The notes: a model not told the origin generated them from the letters alone. Positions 20,762 to 30,234 are shown, counted from the stretch's first letter. The stretch is 64,000 nucleotides of DNA from Candidatus Palauibacter sp. (GCF_965222475.1 NZ_CBDCUB010000006.1:129893-193892), one strand, 5' to 3'. Program-made: numbers and translations.

Positions 20762-23700
20762 GACCCTTCCCCTCTCCTCAACTTCACCTCCAGTGCGCCG
20801 GTCTCCACCTCGAACACCTCCTCGGTACCGTCCGCCCACCGGACCGTCACTGCACGGATATCCGCCGCGCGCCCGAACACCTGTACCGGGCCGTTGAGCG
20901 ACCAGTAGCCGCTCCCGGCCTGGATCTCACGCGCAGGCCCCTCGGCGCCGTCGCGGTACCTCGGGCGCAGTCGCGCCCCGATCGCGCCGGGGGAGCCGCC
21001 GCCCGCGGACAGCCGGACGCGCAGCCCCGGCGGCCCGCCACGCCCCCGGAAGATGAGGGTCTCTGCCCCGTTCTGCCCGACCGCCAGGTCCCAGCGCCCA
21101 TCGGCGTCGAAGTCGGCCAGCGCGGCGGCGCGCGCGTCCCCATACACGGTCACCCCGCTCTCGTCCACCTCCAGCGCCCGGAAGCCGCCGCGTCCATCGC
21201 CGAGCAGCACTACGCCCCGGCCCGCGTCGTGACGGGGGAGCCCCCGGGGCGTCGCGAGGTAGTTCTGCGCCAGGAAGAGATCCTCGTGGCCGTCCCGGTC
21301 GAAGTCCGCCACCGCCACGCCGAACGCCGGGGCCACCTGGGCGCGGGCGGGGAGTGGCCGCGCCTCGAACCCGCCTCCGTTTCCGGGCTCTCCCGGACGG
21401 TTGAGGAACACCGTGTGGCGAAGGGTGGCGGCGCTCGGCCGGTACAGCCCCGTGCGCCCGCTGCCCAGCAGGTCGTCGACCGAGGCTCGGGCGAAGGCCT
21501 CGAACGTCGGCGCCGCGCGCCGCAGGAAGGGGAGCGCACGGCCGAGCGTGAGATAGTCGCGCACGGGGCGCGCCACCCCATCCTGCCCCGTCTCGACCTC
21601 GATGAGATCCACGAGTCCGTTCCCGTCGAGGTCGGAGGCGACCACGCCGACCGGGCGGTCGGCGGTCGCACCGAGCCCCGTGTTGTCGCCCCAGGCCGTC
21701 ACCACAAGGTCGGAGCGGCCATCCCCATCGAAATCGCCCGTCGCGATGCCGTTCCAGCGGCCGGTGTGCGCTCCCGGGCCCCAGGCATCCGTCACGTCCG
21801 TGAAGCGGCCGCCGTCGTTCTCGAGCAGCCGCACGGGACCCCACTCCAGGGCGAGGGCGAGGTCGGGGTCACCGTCGCCATCGACGTCGGAGAACACCGC
21901 CCCCGAGACGAGCCCGATCCCCCGCAGCGTCGCGGCGGCTGTTGCGTCGACCGTCCAGGCGTCGCCGTCGGCCAGCAGGAGCCTCGAGTCGGCCGGCAGG
22001 GGGTAGGCGCCGGGGGTCGCGCGGGCGCCGACGAAGAGGTCGAGATCGCCGTCTCCGTCGACATCGGCGGCCGCCAGGGGCCCCGTCGCGTGGGTGCTCG
22101 GCGGCACGGCCGGCGGGGGGCCCGCATCGAGGCGGGCGAGGGGCGGGATCGCGTCGAGGTCGGCCGGCGAGCGAGCCTCCCAGCTGCTCACGCCCGCGAG
22201 GATGACCGGGCGGGCGGCCGTGGGCAGCGCCAGGATCGACGTGTGATCGCCGACGGCGGGGGCGCCGAACGGCACCGGGTCCACGAGCCGACCCGCTTCG
22301 TTGATCGCGAGTTGCGCGCGGCCTCCCGCCCCCGCGCCCACGAGCAGGTCGGGATCGCCATCCGCATCGATGTCCGCCCACGCCACGCCCGGTCCGCTCC
22401 GCGACAGCTCGAGCGGCACGAGCGGCTGCCGGGCCAGCTCATCGAACGCCGATTCGCCGTGCCGGCCGACCGCCTCCGGGCCCGCGAACAGCGCCGGGCC
22501 GCCCCCCGCGCCGGCCGGCCGGCGCATCCCGGGCTCCCCGCCCGCGGCGTCCCCAGGCGGCGCGACCTCGTACGCGCGATTCGCGGACACCCGGAGCGTC
22601 CGGCGCCGCCCCGAGGGCCACACGATCGTCGCCTCCGCGGCGGCCCGCTCCCCCATCGCGAAGGTGAGCCCCGGATCCGAACCCGACAGGTAAAGCCCGC
22701 CCGACGTCACCTGGCGGGTCTGGGCCGGGAGCGCCCCCCCGGCGGCGAGCACGACCCGCGCCCCGATCGCCTGCGTGTTCCCCCCTTCCCCGCGCACGCG
22801 CAGGGCGACCCGCACCCCCCCCGCGTCGTTCCGCAGCACGAGGGGCGGCTCGTCCAGCCGCGTGATCACGACGTCCCGGTCCCCGTCCCGGTCGAAGTCG
22901 GCCGCGGCGATCCCGTGGCTCACGTCGGGCTCCACCCCGTATCCCCATGTGCGGCCCATCTCGCCGAACGTCCCGTCGCCCCGGTTCCGGAAGGCGAGGT
23001 TGCGCAGCCGCAGCGGCGGGAACACGCCGAGTTCCTCGCGCCAGTCCACCTGGATGCGGCCGGTGCGCAGCGCTTCCTGCGTGTCCCCGTCGAGCGGGTC
23101 CCACCCGTGCCCGTTCGTGATCAGGAGGTCCTCGTAGCCGTCGAGATCGACGTCGAGAAACATCGCCCCCCACGTCCACTCCGAAGCGTCGAGCCCGGCG
23201 GCGCGGGCCGTCTCCGCCCACGTCCCGTCCCCGCGGTTGAGGTGCAGCGTGTTCCGGTCCGCGGACATTCGCGCGGCATGTTCCCCGGGGGGCGTCCACC
23301 CCGCCACCCCGAGCGATACCTGCTCGCGGCGCCGCACCGGATCACGGGCCAGCATCTCCGTCGTCACGAAGTCCGTATCGCCGTCGCCGTCGATGTCCGA
23401 GAAGTCGACCCCCATCGACGAAGTGCTCTCGGTGCGGAAGGCGAGACCTGACGCGGCCACGAAAATCCCGCCCTCGTTGAGCCAGAACCCGTCGCGGCTC
23501 CCGAGGTCGTTGGCGACGAAGAGGTCCGCGTCTCCGTCGTCGTCCGCATCGAAGAAGCGCGCCGCCAGTCCCCACTCCCGGGGCACCTCCGTGACCGCCT
23601 CACCGTCCGCGCTCCGGAAGGCGCCGCCCCCGAGGTCCACGGGCTCGAAGCGACCCGACCCGTCGTTCAGATAGAACTCGTCGGGGTCTGCGAGTTCGAA

Positions 23701-24483
23701 CCGCAGCGCCCGCTCCCCTTCGAGGCGCATCCGGTAGTGCGCGTCGTACGGAGGCGCCACCACGAGTTCGTCCCCCACCCGCTCCGCGAGCCCCCGCAGA
23801 CTCCGCTCCTCGGGGCTGAACAGGTCGTCCCCCTGGATCGTCTTGTAGTTGGCGAAGTAGGCGTCGAGGTCCTCGTCTCCGTCGACATCGGCCAGCGCCA
23901 CCGTGCTGCTCCCCCAGGCGCCCCCGAACCCCGCGTCACCTTCCTCGAAGACCCCGCTCCCGTCGTTCAGAAGGAGCGCGTTCGTCCCCCCGTGGACGGC
24001 CACCATCAGGTCCAGGTCTCCGTCTCCGTCCGCATCGGCCAGGACGGCGCCGCGCGACAGCCGATCCGCGAGCGCCGTCCCGGAGCGTCCGGTCACGTCC
24101 TCGAATCGCCACCCGCCGAGGTTGCGGTAGAGGACGTTCGGGCGGTCGAGCATGCAGAGGTATAGATCGACCCACCCGTCCCCGTCGACGTCGCCGAGCG
24201 CGACCCCGACCCCGTGGATGAGCGTCCGGTTCGCGAGCCTCGCCTCCCGGGAGACGGAGGGCGTCGCCGTGATCCCGGTCCGGTCCGCCGAGAGCCGCGT
24301 GAAGCCGCCGCCGGGCTCACCCTCGAACCGGAGCGCACGCTCGCGGGCGCCGTCCCCCTCGATCCAGTCGATCGAGACGGGCGGAGGAGAGTTCTCGCAG
24401 GCGCCGAAGAAGACGACCCCGATGGTCGGGGAGAGAAGGGCACGGAGGCCGGAGGGTCTCGCGGCCACGTCAGCAGTATCCAT
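20758..24483 (-). CDS. Large FG-GAP/VCBS repeat lipoprotein with two ASPIC/UnbV-like segments; 5' end abuts or is interrupted by IS110
   Basis: FFGAC lipobox-like signal; many DxDGDGxxD repeats; AIGARV...WPSG twice; start either GTG 24468 or IS-derived ATG 24483. Confidence 0.88.
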   Translation of the reverse strand: MDTADVAARPSGLRALLSPTIGVVFFGACENSPPPVSIDWIEGDGARERALRFEGEPGGGFTRLSADRTGITATPSVSREARLANRTLIHGVGVALGDVDGDGWVDLYLCMLDRPNVLYRNLGGWRFEDVTGRSGTALADRLSRGAVLADADGDGDLDLMVAVHGGTNALLLNDGSGVFEEGDAGFGGAWGSSTVALADVDGDEDLDAYFANYKTIQGDDLFSPEERSLRGLAERVGDELVVAPPYDAHYRMRLEGERALRFELADPDEFYLNDGSGRFEPVDLGGGAFRSADGEAVTEVPREWGLAARFFDADDDGDADLFVANDLGSRDGFWLNEGGIFVAASGLAFRTESTSSMGVDFSDIDGDGDTDFVTTEMLARDPVRRREQVSLGVAGWTPPGEHAARMSADRNTLHLNRGDGTWAETARAAGLDASEWTWGAMFLDVDLDGYEDLLITNGHGWDPLDGDTQEALRTGRIQVDWREELGVFPPLRLRNLAFRNRGDGTFGEMGRTWGYGVEPDVSHGIAAADFDRDGDRDVVITRLDEPPLVLRNDAGGVRVALRVRGEGGNTQAIGARVVLAAGGALPAQTRQVTSGGLYLSGSDPGLTFAMGERAAAEATIVWPSGRRRTLRVSANRAYEVAPPGDAAGGEPGMRRPAGAGGGPALFAGPEAVGRHGESAFDELARQPLVPLELSRSGPGVAWADIDADGDPDLLVGAGAGGRAQLAINEAGRLVDPVPFGAPAVGDHTSILALPTAARPVILAGVSSWEARSPADLDAIPPLARLDAGPPPAVPPSTHATGPLAAADVDGDGDLDLFVGARATPGAYPLPADSRLLLADGDAWTVDATAAATLRGIGLVSGAVFSDVDGDGDPDLALALEWGPVRLLENDGGRFTDVTDAWGPGAHTGRWNGIATGDFDGDGRSDLVVTAWGDNTGLGATADRPVGVVASDLDGNGLVDLIEVETGQDGVARPVRDYLTLGRALPFLRRAAPTFEAFARASVDDLLGSGRTGLYRPSAATLRHTVFLNRPGEPGNGGGFEARPLPARAQVAPAFGVAVADFDRDGHEDLFLAQNYLATPRGLPRHDAGRGVVLLGDGRGGFRALEVDESGVTVYGDARAAALADFDADGRWDLAVGQNGAETLIFRGRGGPPGLRVRLSAGGGSPGAIGARLRPRYRDGAEGPAREIQAGSGYWSLNGPVQVFGRAADIRAVTVRWADGTEEVFEVETGALEVKLRRGEGS

Positions 24484-24591
24484 GTTGCAAGGTTGCCGCG
24501 CGAGACGCGTCCACGGGCGAGTGTTGGCGCGGGGCTCGCCGGTCTCGGGCACGGAGGGCGTGCGGGCCGGCGCGCGGGGTTCGGGAGGGCA

Positions 24592-25545
24592 TCAGTTGGC
24601 GGCTCGGGGTTCCGGGGTCCGGAGACGGTCCTGCTGGAGGAGCGCGTTGGCGAGGACGACGAGCTTCCGCATAACGGCCGTGAGGGCGACCTTGGGCGGC
24701 TTGCCGGCGTCGAGCAGCGCCGCGTACTTCCGCTTGAGATCGGGATTCCAGCGGATCGCCGACAGGGCGGGCATGTAGAGGGTCCGGCGAACCGTGTGCC
24801 CGCCTCCCTGGATGAAGCTGCGTCCCCTCCAGGCGCCGGACTCCCGCGTCACCGGCGCCAGGCCGGCCAGGCTGGCGGCCCGGGGGCCGGTGAGCGTGCC
24901 CAGTTCGGGCATGTGGACGATCAGCCCCGCGGCGGTGACGCTCGAGATGCCGGGGATGGAGGTGAGTATCCGGGATCGCCGCCTCAGGGTCTCCTCGCTT
25001 TGAAGCAGCCGCTGGATCTCGTCGTCGACGCTCTTCAGCTGGCGCTCGATCTGCGCCAGCCGCTCCTTGTTGATCCGCTTCGCCAAGGCGTGGCGCAAGT
25101 GCTTGCCGCGGTTGAGGGGGGCGGTTCGATCCGCGACCAGCGCGTCGCGTACCGACTGCAGCTCGGCGAGGTCGCGCTGGCTCCGGGATTTCGCCGGGGT
25201 CGGGCGCAGGTCGTCGATCGCGGCCGCCATGACGGCCAGCGTCCGAGCGTCCACGGCGTCGATCTTCGCGCGCCGTCCCTGCGACCTGGCGAAGCACCTG
25301 ACCTGGTACGGATTGATCGCGTAGAGCGGAAGTCCGGCCTTCAGCAGCACCTCCTCGAAGTCGCGGTGCCAAGGCCCGGTGGGCTCGTAGGCGACGCGCC
25401 CGACCCCGGGGCCGACCCAGGCGATCAGTTTCCGGAACCCGGCCGCGTCGTTCGAGAAGCTGGCCGTCCTGCTCCCGGTGGGGGCGTGTTCGTGGGCGTC
25501 GAGCCGGGCTTTCGAGATGTCGACCCCGACGGTATGGTTGGTCAT
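24592..25545 (-). CDS. IS110 DEDD recombinase/transposase
   Basis: VGVDISK, YEPTG, KIDAVDA (D-E-D-D), SIPGIS, GLAPVTRESG (catalytic Ser), ALTAVMRKL. Confidence 0.96.
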   Translation of the reverse strand: MTNHTVGVDISKARLDAHEHAPTGSRTASFSNDAAGFRKLIAWVGPGVGRVAYEPTGPWHRDFEEVLLKAGLPLYAINPYQVRCFARSQGRRAKIDAVDARTLAVMAAAIDDLRPTPAKSRSQRDLAELQSVRDALVADRTAPLNRGKHLRHALAKRINKERLAQIERQLKSVDDEIQRLLQSEETLRRRSRILTSIPGISSVTAAGLIVHMPELGTLTGPRAASLAGLAPVTRESGAWRGRSFIQGGGHTVRRTLYMPALSAIRWNPDLKRKYAALLDAGKPPKVALTAVMRKLVVLANALLQQDRLRTPEPRAAN

Positions 25546-25554
25546 CTTCCCTTC

Positions 25555-25732
25555 TCCCGTGCTTGTCATGCGAGCCTCGATGCTCGTGTATCCATTCGGG
25601 ACGTGGGGAAGGACGGTGGCGGCCAAACTGCTAGACGGCCCCTGACGGCCAAGCCCGCAACGGTCCGACCACCGCCCCCCTTCGTCGCCCCCTCGGGGGG
25701 CGCGAAGGGCCGGGTCTTCCCTGTGCCCCGGA
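25555..25732 (-). ncRNA. Predicted IS110 bridge RNA (5' hairpin, target-binding loop, donor-binding loop)
   Basis: Donor guides ATGGATAC (25595-25588) and GACAAG (25567-25562) match the element ends; target guides GTTGCGGGCT (25661-25652) and TAGCAG (25633-25628) match the flanks. Confidence 0.85.
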
Positions 25733-25789
25733 CCTTCAAACTAACAGACAAGCCCGTGGCGGAGAGTCCGCCACCGGCCGCGGGGCTCG

Positions 25790-26473
25790 CTATTCGCTGT
25801 CTCCGCGGAAGACGGACCGCAACGCCTCGACCGCGTCGGCGGCCGCCTCCGCCGCCCGCGTGAACACCTCGGCAAGTTCCCGCTTGCCGGTGCCGGCGAG
25901 CGGAATGTCGAAGGTGAAGTGGACCGCGACCCCGGCGGGGCGGACGCTTTCCCGTGGATCGCTCCACCCGCCCCCGGGATCGAGGGCACCTTCGATGTGG
26001 ACCTCGACCGTGTCGCAGACCGCGCCCACGTCCTGCGCGACCCGGGTGAGCCGTGAGGCGAGCGCGTCATTCCTGGAGGCGTTCGACTCCCGCTCGTCGA
26101 GCCACAGGGACGGCGGCGCGACGTCGATGTGGACGCACCCGAGCATCACCTCGGCGGCGAGTTCCAGCGGGTCGCCGCCGGGCACGTCCGAGGACGGCTG
26201 CGCCAGGTAGGTGGCCAGGCCCTTGGTCCCGATGTTGACGAGCCCGAGGGCCATCTCGTCGACCGTCAGCTCCACCATGGCCGAGGGCGCGTGCAGCGTG
26301 TCGAGCGCGCCGGACTCGAGGATGTCGAGTTCCGACTGGTCGTACGCGAGCACCCGGAAGAACCACGAGAGCGGTTCCTGCCGGCCCTCGAAGAGGTCGC
26401 GCACGCCGAGCCCCCGGTCGCGCAGCGCGCTCAGGAGGAGCCCGCCCAGTTGGTGTCGCGTGAGTTCGGCCAC
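25790..26473 (-). CDS. Hypothetical protein
   Basis: 227 aa with coding-like composition and operonic position; no family recognised. Confidence 0.75.
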   Translation of the reverse strand: MAELTRHQLGGLLLSALRDRGLGVRDLFEGRQEPLSWFFRVLAYDQSELDILESGALDTLHAPSAMVELTVDEMALGLVNIGTKGLATYLAQPSSDVPGGDPLELAAEVMLGCVHIDVAPPSLWLDERESNASRNDALASRLTRVAQDVGAVCDTVEVHIEGALDPGGGWSDPRESVRPAGVAVHFTFDIPLAGTGKRELAEVFTRAAEAAADAVEALRSVFRGDSE

Positions 26474-26501
26474 GGCCCGTCGAACCTTCCCGGGGATCCG
26501 C

Positions 26502-27065
26502 CTAGGGCGTGATCATGACGTGCGCGTTCGCCGTGCCGGCCCCCATCAGCCACGCGCCGCGGGTCGCCACGGTGGGGAGACCCAGTTCCTCGGCGGTCGC
26601 GAACGGGGTGTAGATCACGGATTGACGCCTCTGAACGGCGTCCATGTCGCCGGACCATCCCTCGGCCGCGTAGATCGCGTGCAGGAAGGCGTAGCTCGGC
26701 ATCTCCAGGGTGCCGGCCTCGATTTCGCCCATCCGCATCTCGACGTTGTCCCGGCCCGTCACCCCCTGTGCGGTGAGCTCGCGGCCCCGCGCCATGTAGG
26801 GCTCCAGCGACTGATGGTAGCACGCGGTGTGGAAACGGTCGTCGCCTGCTTCGTCCGCGATGCAGATGAACGATCCCGTACCCTCGCGGAGCGTCACCCA
26901 TTCCGACCCCTGCTTCTGGATCACCCTGGCGCCGGCCTGCTCGGACTCCGAGGGGATGGGCGCGATGGCGAGCGCGACCGCGTCCTGGGCGGTCACTTCC
27001 GCGGGGGCGAAGATCGTCAGAGCGGGGATCAGCGCGGCCGGCGCGGTGAACGAACGGCGGAGCAT
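26502..27065 (-). CDS. Secreted hypothetical protein
   Basis: Signal peptide ending in VTA-Q; GGAGGA RBS; CIAD...ACY motif. Confidence 0.8.
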   Translation of the reverse strand: MLRRSFTAPAALIPALTIFAPAEVTAQDAVALAIAPIPSESEQAGARVIQKQGSEWVTLREGTGSFICIADEAGDDRFHTACYHQSLEPYMARGRELTAQGVTGRDNVEMRMGEIEAGTLEMPSYAFLHAIYAAEGWSGDMDAVQRRQSVIYTPFATAEELGLPTVATRGAWLMGAGTANAHVMITP

Positions 27066-27322
27066 GCGGTCCTCCTTGGGCGGGAACGGTCAGCGCCCTG
27101 CCGCAGCGCGGCGCGCGCGGGGGCGAGCGGGATGAATAGGCACCCGCCGGGGCCGGGGCGCAATCGAGACGGCGCCGGCAGCCCGAAGTTCCGCGGTGGA
27201 GTGCGCGGGGGGCGCGTTGCGCGCGGCCGTCGGGCTCTCAAGATTCGCGCCCGGCACGGACGCGGAGTCGAACGTCACCTCGGTCGTACGTCGGCGGCGC
27301 GTCGACGCCACAAGCACGTCTC

Positions 27323-28474
27323 ATGGACCCATCACATGGATCGGAGCGGCCGTTGAGCGTTCGAGTCTGTGTTCCGCGCGAGACGGCCGCCGGGGAGACG
27401 CGGGTCGCCCTTACGCCGGATGGCGCCAGGCGTCTCATCTCCGACCAGATCTCGGTGGCGGTCGAGGCCGGGGCGGGCGCGGCGGCCGGGTTCCCGGACG
27501 CATCGTACGAGGAGGTCGGCGCGGAAATCGTCGCCGACGCCGGGCGGCTCCTGGACGAGGCGGATGTCGTCTTCAAGGTCGCCCCGCCGATGGAGGCCGA
27601 AGTGGATCGGCTCCCGGAGGGGACGGTGCTCGCCTGCCTGCTCCGGCCGCACGAGAACGAGGCGCTCATCGAGCGTCTGGCGGGGCGGGGAGTCACGGTC
27701 CTCGCCCTGGAACTCGTCCCCCGGATCACGCGCGCGCAGTCGATGGACGCGCTCTCCTCGCAGAGCAACCTCGCGGGCTACAAGGCGGTCCTCATCGCCG
27801 CCAACTCGCTGGGCCGGATCTTCCCCCTTCTCATGACGGCGGCGGGGACCCTCTCTCCGGCGCGGGTGCTCGTCCTCGGGGCGGGCGTCGCGGGGCTGCA
27901 GGCGATCGCGACGGCCCGTCGCCTCGGCGCGGACACGTGGGGCTACGACATCCGCGCCGCGGTGAAGGAGGAGGTCAAGAGTCTCGGGGCGAAGTTCGTG
28001 GACCTCGACGAGGGGGCCGCTCGGGACGCGGAGGCCGAGGGCGGCTACGCAGAGGAACTGGAGGAGGCAGAGCAGTCGCGGCAGCGGGAACTGCTGGCCC
28101 GGCACATCGCCCGGGCGGATGTCGTCATCACCACCGCGCTCGTCCCGGGACGTCCGGCGCCGGTCCTGCTCTCGGACGAAGTCGTCGACCGGATGAAGCC
28201 GGGCTCTGTGATCGTCGACCTGGCCGGCGAGGCCGGGGGCAACTGCGCACTCTCGAAGCCCGGCGAGACGGTCGTCGAGCGTGGGGTGACGATCCACGCC
28301 CCGCTGAACGTCCCGGGCTCGCTCCCCTACCACGCGAGCCAGCTGCTCGGCCGCAATCTCTCCGCGCTCGTGAAGCCGATGATCGGCGAGGACGGCGTGG
28401 CCGTGGATCTGGAAGACGATGTGATCGGGCCCTGCTGTGTCGCGCACGCGGGAGAGGTCCGGTTCCGCGCATGA
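27323..28474 (+). CDS. pntA: NAD(P) transhydrogenase subunit alpha, part 1
   Basis: ETRVALTP, RITRAQSMDALSSQ, GAGVAGLQA, TTALVPGRPAP, GGNC. Confidence 0.96.
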   Translation: MDPSHGSERPLSVRVCVPRETAAGETRVALTPDGARRLISDQISVAVEAGAGAAAGFPDASYEEVGAEIVADAGRLLDEADVVFKVAPPMEAEVDRLPEGTVLACLLRPHENEALIERLAGRGVTVLALELVPRITRAQSMDALSSQSNLAGYKAVLIAANSLGRIFPLLMTAAGTLSPARVLVLGAGVAGLQAIATARRLGADTWGYDIRAAVKEEVKSLGAKFVDLDEGAARDAEAEGGYAEELEEAEQSRQRELLARHIARADVVITTALVPGRPAPVLLSDEVVDRMKPGSVIVDLAGEAGGNCALSKPGETVVERGVTIHAPLNVPGSLPYHASQLLGRNLSALVKPMIGEDGVAVDLEDDVIGPCCVAHAGEVRFRA

Positions 28475-28539
28475 GACCCGAGACGGGGGGTGGCCGACCC
28501 TGCCGACCCCCGGCGCAACCCGTACACGAGGCCTGACGA

Positions 28540-28833
28540 ATGGACGGAACGCTCCTGATCGGACTGTATGTGTTCGTGCTCGCGATGTTCGTCGGGTTCG
28601 AACTCATCACGAAGGTTCCCCCGACGCTGCACACGCCGCTCATGTCGGGTTCGAACGCGATCTCCGGGATCTCGATCGTGGGCGCCCTGCTCGTCATCGG
28701 CCGGGCCGGAGACGCGCCGCTCATGCGGTGGATCGGGCTGGCGGCGCTGATCCTCGCCACGATCAACGTGGTCGGCGGCTTTCTCGTCACCGACCGCATG
28801 CTCCAGATGTTCAAGAGCAAGGACGCGAACTGA
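28540..28833 (+). CDS. pntA: NAD(P) transhydrogenase subunit alpha, part 2 (membrane)
   Basis: KVPPTLHTPLMSGSNAISG, INVVGGFLVTDRML. Confidence 0.96.
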   Translation: MDGTLLIGLYVFVLAMFVGFELITKVPPTLHTPLMSGSNAISGISIVGALLVIGRAGDAPLMRWIGLAALILATINVVGGFLVTDRMLQMFKSKDAN

Positions 28834-28836
28834 GCC

Positions 28837-30234
28837 ATGGGCGCGACAGGACTGACAACGATGATTCCGCTCGCCTATCTGGCGTCCGCCGTTCTGTTCA
28901 TCCTGGGGATCAAGCGGCTCAGCCACCCGGAGACGGCGGCGGGCGGCAACCGGCTCGCCGCGATCGGGATGCTGCTCGCGGTCATCGCGACGCTGCTCGA
29001 ACGCGATCTCGGCTACACCTGGATCATCGTCGGCCTCGCGATCGGGGGCCTCATCGGCGCGGTCATGGCCCGGACCGTGAAGATGACCTCCATGCCGGAG
29101 ATGGTGGCGGTGTTCAACGGGTTCGGCGGGGCCGCTTCCGGCCTGGTCGCGGTCGGGGAATACCTGCGCGTCGCGGGCGGCGGGGAGACGCTCGCCATCG
29201 ACTCGGGCGTGTCGATCATGGCGGGAACGCTGATCGGCGCCGTCACCTTCTCGGGCAGCATGATCGCGTTCGGGAAGCTGCAGGGGTTCGTGACCGGCAA
29301 CGCGATCGCGAACCCGCTCGTGCGCTTCTCTGCCGGCTTCTTCCTCGCGGTCGCCCTGGTCGTGGCCGTCTATCTCGCCGGGTTCGAGTCGAACCTCCTC
29401 TTCTACGGGGGTCTCATCGCGGTCGCCCTCATCCTCGGCGTCCTGTTCGTGATCCCGATCGGGGGCGCCGACATGCCGGTGGTGGTGGCGCTGCTCAACT
29501 CCTATTCGGGGCTGGCGGCGGCGGCGGCCGGGTTCGTGCTCGAGAACAACGCGCTCATCATCTCCGGCGCGCTCGTCGGGGCCTCGGGACTCATCCTCAC
29601 CGGCATCATGTGCCGCGCCATGAACCGCTCGCTGACCAACGTGCTGTTCAGCGCCTTCGGTACCGGCACGGCGGCCCCAGGCCGCGCGGCGGACGGCGAC
29701 CGGGTCGCGACGCCGATCGATGCCGAGGACTCGGCCATGGTCCTGGGCTACGCCTCGCAGGTCATCTTCGTCCCGGGCTACGGTCTCGCCGTGGCGCAGG
29801 CGCAGCACCGGATCCGTGAGCTGGCGGACATGCTGACCGCGCGCGGGGTCTCGGTCCGCTACTGCGTCCACCCCGTCGCGGGGCGCATGCCGGGGCACAT
29901 GAACGTGCTGCTGGCCGAGGCCAACGTGCCCTACGAGCAGCTGTGCGAGCCCGAGGACGTGAACTCCGACATGGAGAACATCGACGTCGCCGTGGTCGTG
30001 GGCGCAAACGACGTGGTGAACCCGCTCGCGCGCGACGACCCCTCGAGCCCGATCGGCGGCATGCCGATCATCGAGACGGACCGGGCGAAGACGTGCATCG
30101 TCATCAAGCGCTCCCTGTCCGTGGGGTACGCCGGCATCGACAACCCGCTGTTCTACCTGCGGAACAACCGCATGTTCTTCGGGGACGCCTCGGACGCCCT
30201 CGCCCGCATCGCGGAGGAGGTGAAGAAGCTGTGA
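28837..30234 (+). CDS. pntB: NAD(P) transhydrogenase subunit beta
   Basis: MPEMVAVFNGFGG, GGADMPVV, PGYGLAVAQAQ, HPVAGRMPGHMNVLLAEA. Confidence 0.97.
   Translation: MGATGLTTMIPLAYLASAVLFILGIKRLSHPETAAGGNRLAAIGMLLAVIATLLERDLGYTWIIVGLAIGGLIGAVMARTVKMTSMPEMVAVFNGFGGAASGLVAVGEYLRVAGGGETLAIDSGVSIMAGTLIGAVTFSGSMIAFGKLQGFVTGNAIANPLVRFSAGFFLAVALVVAVYLAGFESNLLFYGGLIAVALILGVLFVIPIGGADMPVVVALLNSYSGLAAAAAGFVLENNALIISGALVGASGLILTGIMCRAMNRSLTNVLFSAFGTGTAAPGRAADGDRVATPIDAEDSAMVLGYASQVIFVPGYGLAVAQAQHRIRELADMLTARGVSVRYCVHPVAGRMPGHMNVLLAEANVPYEQLCEPEDVNSDMENIDVAVVVGANDVVNPLARDDPSSPIGGMPIIETDRAKTCIVIKRSLSVGYAGIDNPLFYLRNNRMFFGDASDALARIAEEVKKL

Larger units (their letters stand above)
24475..25752 (-). mobile_element. 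IS110-family insertion sequence (bridge-RNA type), CT core at both ends
   Basis: Core CT (AG on +) at 25751-25752 and 24475-24476; no terminal inverted repeats; ~200 bp non-coding left end; DEDD recombinase. Confidence 0.93.

Noticed and set aside
18485-24468. Recurring GAC-rich DNA repeats suggesting an array
   Set aside because: They encode FG-GAP DxDGDG motifs; no identical repeats with unique spacers and no cas genes, so not CRISPR
25546-25967. ORFs 25566-25967 and 25741-26070, and the N-terminal extension of the transposase to 25626
   Set aside because: They overlap the bridge-RNA region and IS boundary; ATG 25545 has a good RBS and the family-typical start
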